NCBI GenBank assembly: GCA_041663025.1
Contig: JBAZRE010000002.1
Span: forward strand, 27,703-91,702
Length of the DNA stretch: 64,000 nucleotides
DNA from: Minisyncoccota bacterium
Lineage (GTDB): Bacteria > Patescibacteriota > Minisyncoccia > Phycocordibacterales > Phycocordibacteraceae
Direction: 5' to 3'
The notes under the pieces are model-generated. The model was not told the DNA's origin. It did not search any database and saw only the letters and a list, made by a program, of their open reading frames with translations. Below are positions 27,006-36,092 of this stretch, in pieces. The position numbers were made by a program, and so were the translations under genes. How positions within the stretch are numbered: the first letter of the stretch is position 1; every line of letters begins with the position of its first letter.

Positions 27006-29495
27006 TTATTTTAGGTAATCGGCGGCTTCGGCGGGAGAGAGAGAATCAGGAGTGACAGAGTCTGGAAGGTAGATGCGACGGAGGCCTTTTTTTAAGAAGA
27101 GACCCTGTTTTGATTTATAGAGGACGAGTGATTTGCCGGTGCGCGGATGTTTGCCGATTTCTTTTACTATTTCAACACCCTTTGGAGGTTGCTTTGGTGT
27201 GGCGAGGAGAGTGAGTGCTTCATCAAGAGTGATGGTGTATGGATCGCCCACTTTGGGCTTAAGGGAGCGGAATTCGCCATCACTGCCGACATAGGGGCCG
27301 AAGCGTCCGGTCGAAGCGAACACCGCTTTACCGGTCGAAGGGTGCATCCCGAGCTCACGCGGGAGCGAGAGATACTTGAGTGCATCTGCAAGGGTCACGT
27401 CTGCAGGATTCGTACCCGCAGGGATACTCGCGCGCTTGGCGGCAACCTTTGGTCGCCCTCGGCCTTTCTTCGTTTTCGAGGGTTTTTTTGTTTCCGACTC
27501 CTCTTTCGTGCTTCGTGCTTCGTGTTTCGTGCTTTCATCTTGCAGTGCCATTTCCACATACGGTCCAAATCTTCCCGTCTTCACATAAATAGGTGCACCA
27601 GTCTCCGGGTGATTCCCAATTGGTTCATCACCGTGCATCTCAACACCTTCTTCATTTCGTGCACCGAGACAGTCGGGATAGCGTTTGCAGCTCATGAAGA
27701 CACCGCCGCGACCGAGCTTAAATTCCATCGGGCTCCCGCAGAGTGGGCAAGAGAATTCGCTCGAAGCATCGCCCAGCGACGTTGCCTTAGGCAATTTATC
27801 TTTTGCATGCACTGCTTTCTCAAATGGGCCATAGAAGGCCGAAAGGGTTTCGGTATAGCCGCGCTCACCACGCGCGATCTCGTCGAGTTCATTTTCCATC
27901 TCTGCAGTGAAGGTGTCGCTCACGTAGGTAGGGAAATGTTCTTCAAGCCAGCCAGAGACGACCATGCCAGTGGCGGTCGGCTTCAGTGCACGGGCGAGCT
28001 TCTCGACGTAACCACGATCTTGAATCGTCTTCATGATAGAAGCATAGGTCGATGGGCGGCCGATGCCACGCTTCTCTAATTCTTTAATCAACCCAGCTTC
28101 GGTATATCGATTGGGCGGCTCAGTTTGCTTTTCTTCTGATGAGAGCGAGAGGAGCGTGAGCGGGTCGCCCGTTGCGAGCTTCGGCAACTCGACATCTTCA
28201 CCGCGCGCTTTTGTATCAAGAGCCAGCCAACCAAGGAAGATGATGCGAGAACCGTTGGCGGTGAAGAGCGGAATACTTGCCTCGCCGGAGTGAGACGAAG
28301 GCGGGTCAGCCTTTGCAGAAATGTTCGTGCGCATCACGCGTGCGGGGGCCATCTGCGAAGCGAGAGAGCGAACACGGATGAGCTCATAGAGCTGTGTTTC
28401 GTCTGGCGTCGACCCCGCGCGTGCTTGAGAAGGGTCGGTGGGGCGGACTGCCTCATGTGCCTCTTGCGCATTTTTGCTTGTGGTTTTATAGACGCGCACC
28501 TGGAGATATTCTTTGCCAAATTGCTTTTCAACAACACTCGCCATCTTCGCAACCGCCTCCTTCGAGAGGTTTACCGAGTCGGTGCGCATATAGGTAATAT
28601 GGCCGGCTTCATAGAGCTTCTGCGCTGCACGCATCGTGCGCGAGGGCGCGAAGCCGAGACGGGTCGAAGCAGTCTGTTGGAGGGTCGAGGTGGTGAAGGG
28701 CGGACGAGGATTACGGTCCTCGGCTTTTTCAGTTACGCCGGCAACACTCCACGTAGCGCTTCTTCCATCTTTCACAATTCTTTCCGCCTCTTCTTTTGTT
28801 TTCGGCTGTTCGGTGCAAATGGTATTTAAGGTCGAACCTTGAGAATCGGATTTAAGGTTCGACCTTGTCTGAAAAAGCGCGTTAAGAACAAAATAGGTTA
28901 CGGGTATAAAAGCCTTAATCTCGCGCTCTCTCTCAGCGAGGATGCGCAGTGCCGGTGATTGCACACGACCAGCCGAGAGGCCGTAGCGTACTTTTTTCCA
29001 AATCAATCCCGAGAGATCGTAGCCGACAATACGGTCGAGCACACGCCGAGCCTCCTGCGCTTGTCGCAGATTCTGATCAATATCGCGCGGATGTGCGATA
29101 GCGTCCTTGATAGCGCTCTCGGTAATCTCGTGATACACGACTCTCTTGATTGGTTTCGTGCTTCGTTTTTCGTGCTTCGTTTTTCCCGAATCATCCTGGA
29201 TGATTTGGGCAATATGCCACGCGATCGCCTCGCCCTCACGGTCGGGGTCGGTTGCGAGATAGACCTCGTCTGCCTTTGCCGCTGCGCGCTTTATCTTCTC
29301 AATGATCTCGTGCTTATCAGCGGAGATAACGTAGCGCGGGATAAAGCCGCCCTCAATATCGACGGCGTCCTTGTTGCTCTTCGGCAAATCGCGCACATGA
29401 CCAACTGAAGCGAGAACGTCGTAGTTCTTGCCGAGATAGTGCCCTATAGTGCGCGCCTTGGTTGGCGATTCAACAATAAGTAATTTGGTGCTCAC
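27006..29495 (-). CDS. topA: DNA topoisomerase I
   Basis: VESP.K, ATDPDREGE, SAGRVQ, ITYMRTD, Zn ribbon and C-terminal repeats. Confidence 0.97.
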   Translation of the reverse strand: MSTKLLIVESPTKARTIGHYLGKNYDVLASVGHVRDLPKSNKDAVDIEGGFIPRYVISADKHEIIEKIKRAAAKADEVYLATDPDREGEAIAWHIAQIIQDDSGKTKHEKRSTKPIKRVVYHEITESAIKDAIAHPRDIDQNLRQAQEARRVLDRIVGYDLSGLIWKKVRYGLSAGRVQSPALRILAEREREIKAFIPVTYFVLNALFQTRSNLKSDSQGSTLNTICTEQPKTKEEAERIVKDGRSATWSVAGVTEKAEDRNPRPPFTTSTLQQTASTRLGFAPSRTMRAAQKLYEAGHITYMRTDSVNLSKEAVAKMASVVEKQFGKEYLQVRVYKTTSKNAQEAHEAVRPTDPSQARAGSTPDETQLYELIRVRSLASQMAPARVMRTNISAKADPPSSHSGEASIPLFTANGSRIIFLGWLALDTKARGEDVELPKLATGDPLTLLSLSSEEKQTEPPNRYTEAGLIKELEKRGIGRPSTYASIMKTIQDRGYVEKLARALKPTATGMVVSGWLEEHFPTYVSDTFTAEMENELDEIARGERGYTETLSAFYGPFEKAVHAKDKLPKATSLGDASSEFSCPLCGSPMEFKLGRGGVFMSCKRYPDCLGARNEEGVEMHGDEPIGNHPETGAPIYVKTGRFGPYVEMALQDESTKHEARSTKEESETKKPSKTKKGRGRPKVAAKRASIPAGTNPADVTLADALKYLSLPRELGMHPSTGKAVFASTGRFGPYVGSDGEFRSLKPKVGDPYTITLDEALTLLATPKQPPKGVEIVKEIGKHPRTGKSLVLYKSKQGLFLKKGLRRIYLPDSVTPDSLSPAEAADYLK

Positions 29496-29529
29496 GTTAT
29501 TAACTCATAACGCGTGTACCTATATATAG

Positions 29530-30300
29530 TCAAGCGACTTCGATACAAACGGGATGATGATCGGAGCCCATGCGGTCGGCAATAACTTCAATATGTTTGA
29601 TAGAGAATGAAGGGGAGACGAGGATATGATCAAGCTGGCTCTGCGCGAATGCGTGCGTGTTCTGCCCGCGGAGTGGATTGCTTAAGGCGTGCGCAGAAAA
29701 ACTCTCCTCAATGCGTGTCCTCTCACGATGATAGAAGAGCGCATCACTCAGAGATCCGCCCAGGAGCCAATTAAGAGGGGCTATAAAAGGCGATTCGATG
29801 ATGTTGAAATCACCACAGACAATGGTGGGTTGTGCAGAGTCCTTTTTCGTCATTGCCAGCTCAAATTCTTTCAGGCGCCACGTCGGCTGGGCGAGGATGA
29901 GATGGAGACATAATATGCGCAATAATTTTCCTCCCACACTAATGTCCGCGTATAAAGCACCGCGATTCTGGATCTTTGAGAACTTTTTATCCGGCATGAT
30001 GAGGACAAATAGCCGCGTGCGCAGAGGGAGATGATGCCAGTATTCTGGGAAGCGAATACCGCCCTGCGTCGTGATGGGGTGTCGCGAGAGAATGACGTTG
30101 AACATGGGAATTCTTGGTTCGGTAATCTTCTCGACGTCAATGCAATAGGCGATATGAAATGGGAGCGATTTTAATCGTGAGAGAAAATTTTCGGGCACCT
30201 CTTGCAAACAGAAAATATCAAAGTCAGCATCACGGATAAAAGAAAAAGCGCGATCGAGTTCGCGATTGCTGAACAGCATGTTCCAAGAATAAATAACCAT
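29530..30300 (-). CDS. Endonuclease/exonuclease/phosphatase family protein
   Basis: SWN, LQE, GDFN, LDHIL, SDH. Confidence 0.9.
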   Translation of the reverse strand: MVIYSWNMLFSNRELDRAFSFIRDADFDIFCLQEVPENFLSRLKSLPFHIAYCIDVEKITEPRIPMFNVILSRHPITTQGGIRFPEYWHHLPLRTRLFVLIMPDKKFSKIQNRGALYADISVGGKLLRILCLHLILAQPTWRLKEFELAMTKKDSAQPTIVCGDFNIIESPFIAPLNWLLGGSLSDALFYHRERTRIEESFSAHALSNPLRGQNTHAFAQSQLDHILVSPSFSIKHIEVIADRMGSDHHPVCIEVA

Positions 30301-30326
30301 ATTTAAATGTTCAAATATTTAAAGAT

Positions 30327-31181
30327 TCACGTGCGGCGCCATGCACCGAATTCTTCACGCGCGAGGCCGCGCAGCTCAAGTGCGACGAGGGCAGTGAGAG
30401 TCTCACCAGCAGAAGCGAGGCTCCCGCGGAGAATCTCATCCCGCGTCTTCGGTTCGTCAATCATATTCCATACAACAAGCTCAGCATCTTCAAGGTCGCT
30501 CGGCGCTACGGTTGAGCTTGTTTCTCTGGGTGCGATATGAAGTGCTTCAAGAATGTGCAGCGGCTCACAGATGAGTGCTGCGCCGAGGCGGATGAAGAGG
30601 TGTGGGCCGAAGGCGTGTGGATCGCCGATGCGGTGGGGGATGCAGAGTAGGTCGCGGTTATACTCGCTCGCCAGCCGAGCCGTGATGAGCGTGCCCGACT
30701 TCGGTCCCGCTTCAATCATCAACACCGCATCAGAGAGCCCGACCATGAGCCGATTGCGTTCGGGGAAATAATAGATGCGCGAAGGTTGGTCAGGCGCGTA
30801 TTCAGAGAGGAAACCGCCGCCTGCTTTTAAAATTTCTTTTGCAAACGGGCGATTGCTTCTCGGATAGAGCACAGTATCGCCGAGACCGGAGCCGGGCACT
30901 ACGAGCGTGTGAAGACCGGCGGCCAAGGCCGCCTTGTGTGCGCAAGTGTCCATGCCGAGTGCGAGGCCGCTCACAATAGAGATAGGATACCCGGCGAGGC
31001 CGGCGATGAGTCGCTGGCATGCTTCTTCGCCATAGCGCGTCATCGCGCGGCTGCCGACGACCGTGAGCAACTTCGTTCCTTCTGGCGGCAAATTACCCCG
31101 CACCCACAGCCGCTTCGGCTGTTGCGGGATCTCCAAGAGTTGTCCCGGCCACTCACTCTTCTCTAATTCTCGTATCTCCAT
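30327..31181 (-). CDS. dprA: DNA-processing protein DprA
   Basis: VVGSR, SGLALG.D, FPERNR, SGTLITA. Confidence 0.95.
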   Translation of the reverse strand: MEIRELEKSEWPGQLLEIPQQPKRLWVRGNLPPEGTKLLTVVGSRAMTRYGEEACQRLIAGLAGYPISIVSGLALGMDTCAHKAALAAGLHTLVVPGSGLGDTVLYPRSNRPFAKEILKAGGGFLSEYAPDQPSRIYYFPERNRLMVGLSDAVLMIEAGPKSGTLITARLASEYNRDLLCIPHRIGDPHAFGPHLFIRLGAALICEPLHILEALHIAPRETSSTVAPSDLEDAELVVWNMIDEPKTRDEILRGSLASAGETLTALVALELRGLAREEFGAWRRT

Positions 31182-31329
31182 CTTTGCAGTATAACCGAGC
31201 CTCAAAACATGCTATTACCGTAAGGCGACGCCTTACGGTTTTTCTCGTGTTATAATGTTAGTTGACAATCGGATATGTTTAGTATAAGTTGCAAGCAGAA
31301 GTTATTTCGAAAAAGAAAGGAGAACGCAC

Positions 31330-31656
31330 ATGCCCATAGAGCACCACGTTTTTCATGTCGACTGCAAAGGGAGGGGCTTTGACCTCAAAGAGGTTTTAGA
31401 GAAATCAATCAACGTCGAAGTATCTGTTCGCCGGAACGAAAACGGGAAGAGTATCTCTATGTCGGTCAAATGTCCTCATAATACTGGGGGTCATGGACAG
31501 AGGTGTAAGGCGTCGCATCCGGAGGTAGATAAAGTTGGGAAGGGTGTACTTTGTGCTTTTGCTGTTGATCTGCCCCATGCTTCGGATATGTACTCCCGCG
31601 TTCTGCATACCATGGAAGCCTTCCCAAGGATCTTGGATGCTCTCGGTTTTGGGTAA
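31330..31656 (+). CDS. Orphan Cys/His-containing protein
   Basis: TTGACA-N16-TATAAG promoter, AAGGAG SD, downstream hairpin at ~31670-31706. Confidence 0.65.
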   Translation: MPIEHHVFHVDCKGRGFDLKEVLEKSINVEVSVRRNENGKSISMSVKCPHNTGGHGQRCKASHPEVDKVGKGVLCAFAVDLPHASDMYSRVLHTMEAFPRILDALGFG

Positions 31657-31743
31657 ACCCGCCCGCCGCAGAAATCGCCCATTGGATTTCTCGGTGGGCG
31701 TTTCTGTTTGTATAGCCAAAACGGGTGATATACTGGAGCGCAT

Positions 31744-33012
31744 ATGTTGGACATACGCTTTATTCGGGAGAATGCCGATATTGTGAAGGCAGGGGCGGTG
31801 AAAAAACACATTGAGGTTGATATTGATCGCCTGCTCTCTGTTGATGACGAGCGCAAGAGATTGCGACAAGAGCTTGACGCGAAGCGCAATGAGCAGATTC
31901 GCCGCAGCAACGAGATGCCCCGCGTTAAGGACGAGGAGCGCGTGAAGCTGCTTGAGGCGATGAGGCATCTCAAAGATGGTATGACTGAGAGCGAAGAGAA
32001 GCTGAAGCAGGTCATGGATGAGTGGCAGAAGTTGATGCTCACCGTACCAAACATTCCTGACATGTCAGTGCCAGATGGCGAGAGCGATGCGGATAATAAG
32101 GAGGTGAAGAAATGGGGAACGCCTACAGAGTTTTCATTTAAGCCGAATAATCATGTTGACTTGATGACGGCGCTAGACATTGCTGACTTCGAACGTGGCT
32201 CAAAGGTGTCTGGATTCCGCGGCTACTTCTTGAAGGGCGATGGCGTGTTGCTCGCAAATGCGGTATGGCAACTGGCATTGAAGCATTTTTCTGCAAAAGG
32301 TCTCCTGCCGATGAGTGTGCCATCGCTTGTGCGCCGCGAATCGTTTATGGGCACGGGCTACTTGCCACAGGGCGAGGAGGACCTCTATAAGACACAAGAC
32401 GGCGAATATCTCGCCGGCACTGCCGAAGTTGCCACTATGGGTTATTACATGAACGAAGTGCTAGATGAGGGTAAGTTACCGGTACAATTCCTCTCATTCT
32501 CGCCCTGCTTCCGTCGCGAGGCAGGCGCACACGGAAAGGATGTCTGCGGTCTTATTCGCGTGCACGAATTCTTCAAATGGGAGCAGGTCATTCTCTGCAG
32601 GTCTGAACATGACGAATCAGTTCGCTTGCATGAATGGATTAATCGCAATACTGAAGAGTTTATCGAGCTCTTGAATATCCCCTATCACACCGTTACCAAT
32701 TGCGGCGGCGACCTCGGGCTTGGGCAGGTGAAGAAATATGATATTGAGCTTTGGGTCCCCGGCGAGGAGACGTATCGTGAGATAAGCTCGGCATCCTACT
32801 TCCACGACTTCCAGACGCGTCGGCTCAACATCCGCTATCGTGATGCAGAAGGGAACATGCGCTTCCCGCACTCCTTAAACTCCACTGCTATTCCGACACC
32901 GCGCATCCTGGTATCAATTGTTGAGAATTACCAACAAGAAGACGGTACGATTAAAGTGCCTGAGGCCCTGGTGCCCTATGTTGGGAAAACTATCATCGGC
33001 GGAACGCGGTAG
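31744..33012 (+). CDS. serS: Serine--tRNA ligase
   Basis: MLDI..IR, GTAEV, FRREAG, R.HEF.K.E, EISSAS. Confidence 0.97.
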   Translation: MLDIRFIRENADIVKAGAVKKHIEVDIDRLLSVDDERKRLRQELDAKRNEQIRRSNEMPRVKDEERVKLLEAMRHLKDGMTESEEKLKQVMDEWQKLMLTVPNIPDMSVPDGESDADNKEVKKWGTPTEFSFKPNNHVDLMTALDIADFERGSKVSGFRGYFLKGDGVLLANAVWQLALKHFSAKGLLPMSVPSLVRRESFMGTGYLPQGEEDLYKTQDGEYLAGTAEVATMGYYMNEVLDEGKLPVQFLSFSPCFRREAGAHGKDVCGLIRVHEFFKWEQVILCRSEHDESVRLHEWINRNTEEFIELLNIPYHTVTNCGGDLGLGQVKKYDIELWVPGEETYREISSASYFHDFQTRRLNIRYRDAEGNMRFPHSLNSTAIPTPRILVSIVENYQQEDGTIKVPEALVPYVGKTIIGGTR

Positions 33013-33841
33013 TGACAGGTTGGCTGCGCGGCGGCGGCAGGGCCGCCGCCGCGGGCTCATCGCCTTTGGCGTTATTCTTTGCATCATATGTGGCGCGCTT
33101 ATTTGGGGACTTCAACAAAACACAGCGCGCATTGCGCGTGTGCAGATCTTTGGTGCAGATCAATCGTTGTCAGAGATTGCGCATACCGCGATGCAGGGGG
33201 AATATCTGGGAATCATTCCGCGTGACTCAATATTCTTTTTCCCAGAGGATCGTATTCGTGCAGACATTCTCGCAGCACACGCAGAGATTGCCGCAGTTTC
33301 AATATTCCGCAACGGCCTGACTGGTCTAACCATCAAAATAGATGATCGCATCCCCGTCGCACGGTGGTGTGGTCTCGCGCCTGACGCAACAAGGTTCGAC
33401 CTTAATGCAAGTTCCTCAAGGTCGAACCTTGTTACATCGAACTGCTACCTTTTTGATGTGAAGGGGTATATCTTCGCTGCTGCCGCAACAACCACACAAA
33501 CGATCAATTCCTTTGTTTTGTATGCGCCTCTTGCGAATGAGATTTTAGAACCACTACGTGCAACTATCGCGAATGCCGAAAAACTTCCCTCCGCTTTTGA
33601 CTTCGCACGCCAGCTCACAACCCTTGGTTCATCGGTCACGCGCATTATCCTACGCGATGGTGAGGTAGACACCTATCTCACAAGCGGCACGCGCATCACC
33701 TATCTTCTCGACGATGAACAGAATGCTTTTACCGCGCTGGTGTCTGCTCGTGCGAACATGAATCTCGCGGATGGCTCGGTTGAGTATGTTGATCTGCGTT
33801 TCGGCGGCAAGGTGTATCTGAAAAAGAAAGGTGATATTTAG
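32978..33841 (+). CDS. ftsQ: FtsQ/DivIB-like cell division protein
   Basis: Basic N-terminus, TM, POTRA-like region, C-terminal EYVDLRFG.KVY. Confidence 0.7.
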   Translation: MLGKLSSAERGSDRLAARRRQGRRRGLIAFGVILCIICGALIWGLQQNTARIARVQIFGADQSLSEIAHTAMQGEYLGIIPRDSIFFFPEDRIRADILAAHAEIAAVSIFRNGLTGLTIKIDDRIPVARWCGLAPDATRFDLNASSSRSNLVTSNCYLFDVKGYIFAAAATTTQTINSFVLYAPLANEILEPLRATIANAEKLPSAFDFARQLTTLGSSVTRIILRDGEVDTYLTSGTRITYLLDDEQNAFTALVSARANMNLADGSVEYVDLRFGGKVYLKKKGDI

Positions 33842-33912
33842 GGACATCGTAAGTCCCTCATGCAATTTGGACTTACGATGTCCAAACATGGATGGTATGG
33901 TACTTTGCATTT

Positions 33913-34983
33913 ATGGATAACTTTTGGAATAACTTACCGAGGCCGTTTTTTGTCATGGCGCCCATGAAAGACGTCACTGACGTCGCCTTCCGTGCGCTTA
34001 TCGCCAAGCACTGCAAGCCCGACGTCTTCTGGACGGAGTTCGTCGCGGCAGACGGTCTTTATCACACCATCGAGAAGTACGAGAGACAAGGAGACTCCTC
34101 GCGCAAGGTGACTCCTCGCAGCGAGGTGTCTCCTTGTGGGAGCGCTAACGAGTTGAATCCGCTCCTGCGCGATCTCGCTTTTGACAAAGAAGCAGAACGG
34201 CCAATCGTCGCACAAATTTTTTCAAGCAAGCCAGAGATGATCGCGTATGCGACGAAGCTCGTTGCCGAACTCGGCTTTGATGGCGTTGATATCAACATGG
34301 GCTGCCCTGATCGCGCGATAGAGAAGCAGGGGTGCGGCTCGGCGATGATTAAGAATCCAGAACTCGCGCGCGAGATTATCCGCGCTGCAAAAAGTGCGTC
34401 CACACTGCCGGTATCAGTGAAGACGCGTGTTGGCTACAACAAAGAATCGCTCGACGAATGGTTGCCGGTCATTTTTGAAGAAGCGCCTGCGGCTATCACG
34501 ATTCACCTACGCACGCGCAAAGAGCTCTCACTAGTCCCGGCGAATTGGGAACTAATGAAAAAAGCAGTAGAGATTCGCAATCGCGTAAATCCCGATGTGC
34601 TGATCATAGGTAACGGTGATGTTGAGAGTGTTGAAGAAGGGAAGCATCTTGTCGCAGAGACCGGCTGCGATGGTATCATGATCGGCCGCGCGATGTTCGG
34701 CAACCCATGGATCTTCTCTGGTCTCTGGGATTCTCAGGGACATCGGATGTCCTCTTCTGAAATTGAACATCCGATGTCCAACCATGGGCTCCCCGAGAAA
34801 TTAGATGCTCTAATTGAGCTCGCCCACAACTTTGAAAAAATCTCCCCGCCCAAAAACTTCTCTATTCTTAAAAAACATATCAAAGCATTCGTCACCGGCT
34901 TCGCTGGAGCTGCCGACCTCCGCGCCAAATTAATGGAAGCCACCTCCGCCGCCGACCTTGAGCGTATCGCAAAACAAGGTTAA
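33913..34983 (+). CDS. dusB: tRNA-dihydrouridine synthase
   Basis: MAPM..VTD, DINMGCP, SVKTR.G, IGNGD, MIGR. Confidence 0.93.
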   Translation: MDNFWNNLPRPFFVMAPMKDVTDVAFRALIAKHCKPDVFWTEFVAADGLYHTIEKYERQGDSSRKVTPRSEVSPCGSANELNPLLRDLAFDKEAERPIVAQIFSSKPEMIAYATKLVAELGFDGVDINMGCPDRAIEKQGCGSAMIKNPELAREIIRAAKSASTLPVSVKTRVGYNKESLDEWLPVIFEEAPAAITIHLRTRKELSLVPANWELMKKAVEIRNRVNPDVLIIGNGDVESVEEGKHLVAETGCDGIMIGRAMFGNPWIFSGLWDSQGHRMSSSEIEHPMSNHGLPEKLDALIELAHNFEKISPPKNFSILKKHIKAFVTGFAGAADLRAKLMEATSAADLERIAKQG

Positions 34984-35036
34984 ACCTTGAGGATTCGGAT
35001 TTAAGGTTTAACCTTGTTTTGCGTTATACTGCACCC

Positions 35037-36092
35037 ATGGCGCATCAGAGTTTATACCGGATACATAGACCGACAACATTTGCGGACGTGATAGGGCAAG
35101 AACATGTAACGAAGCCATTGGAGGAGGCAGTGAAGGCGAAGAAGATCGGCCATGCCTACCTCTTCGCCGGTACGCGAGGGTTGGGGAAGACTAGCGTAGC
35201 GCGCATCTTCGCTAGCGCGATCGGCTGCGGCGAGAATGATCTCTATGAAGTTGATGCCGCTAGTAATAATAGTGTTGAGGATATTCGAGCGCTCACCGAG
35301 GGCGTCTACACTTTACCTTTCCAATCTCCTTATAAAGTTTATATTCTCGACGAAGTGCACATGCTCTCAAAGAGCGCATGGAATGCTTTTCTTAAAACGC
35401 TTGAAGAGCCGCCAGCTCACGCAGTTTTTATTCTTGCCACTACTGAATTGGAGAAAGTCCCAGAGACCGTGCAGTCGCGCTGTCAGGTATTTGAATTTAA
35501 GAAGCCGACACGCGCCATCCTCGCTAAGATGACTGCGGCTGTGGCGAAAAAAGAGGGCTACACGCTCGCGCCTGATGCCGCCGACTTGATCTCGATGCTG
35601 GCCGATGGTTCATTCCGCGATGCTCTCTCGGTCTTGCAGAAAGTGCTGGGTTCATCAGCAGACAAAAAGTTATCGCGAGCAGAAGTAGAGCAGGCGACCG
35701 GCGCGCCGCGCCAAGAACAAGTGCATGCGCTCATAAACGCGCTCGCCGCGGGCGAGCGCGGGAAGGCTCTTGAAGCGATAGAGCAGGCAGCAAAAGCCGA
35801 TGCTGATATGAAGCTCTTCTTGCAGCTCGTGCTTGAAGCGCTTCGTGCAACCTTGCTCATCAAATTTGCACCCGACCTCCGCGCCTCACTCCAGAGCGAG
35901 CTCGGCGCGGACGAATTTGCCGCGCTTGAAAAATTCGCCCTATCAAATGTAGGACGTCCGACGTCCTACATTACGCATCAGACACTCCTGGCGTTTTTGA
36001 TCGCCGCCGATCGCATCCGCTATGCACCCATTCCCGTGCTGCCACTCGAATTGGCGATCTTGGAACTCTTTCCCGAAAACGCAACTAAGTGA
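35037..36092 (+). CDS. dnaX: DNA polymerase III gamma/tau (short form)
   Basis: LYR.HRP.TF, GTRGLGKT, DEVHML, LEEPP, SRC. Confidence 0.95.
   Translation: MAHQSLYRIHRPTTFADVIGQEHVTKPLEEAVKAKKIGHAYLFAGTRGLGKTSVARIFASAIGCGENDLYEVDAASNNSVEDIRALTEGVYTLPFQSPYKVYILDEVHMLSKSAWNAFLKTLEEPPAHAVFILATTELEKVPETVQSRCQVFEFKKPTRAILAKMTAAVAKKEGYTLAPDAADLISMLADGSFRDALSVLQKVLGSSADKKLSRAEVEQATGAPRQEQVHALINALAAGERGKALEAIEQAAKADADMKLFLQLVLEALRATLLIKFAPDLRASLQSELGADEFAALEKFALSNVGRPTSYITHQTLLAFLIAADRIRYAPIPVLPLELAILELFPENATK

Noticed and set aside
27147-28079. 310-aa plus-strand ORF and similar long antisense ORFs (9525-10232, 31491-32063)
   Set aside because: These are shadow frames opposite well-supported genes (topA, GH130, serS).
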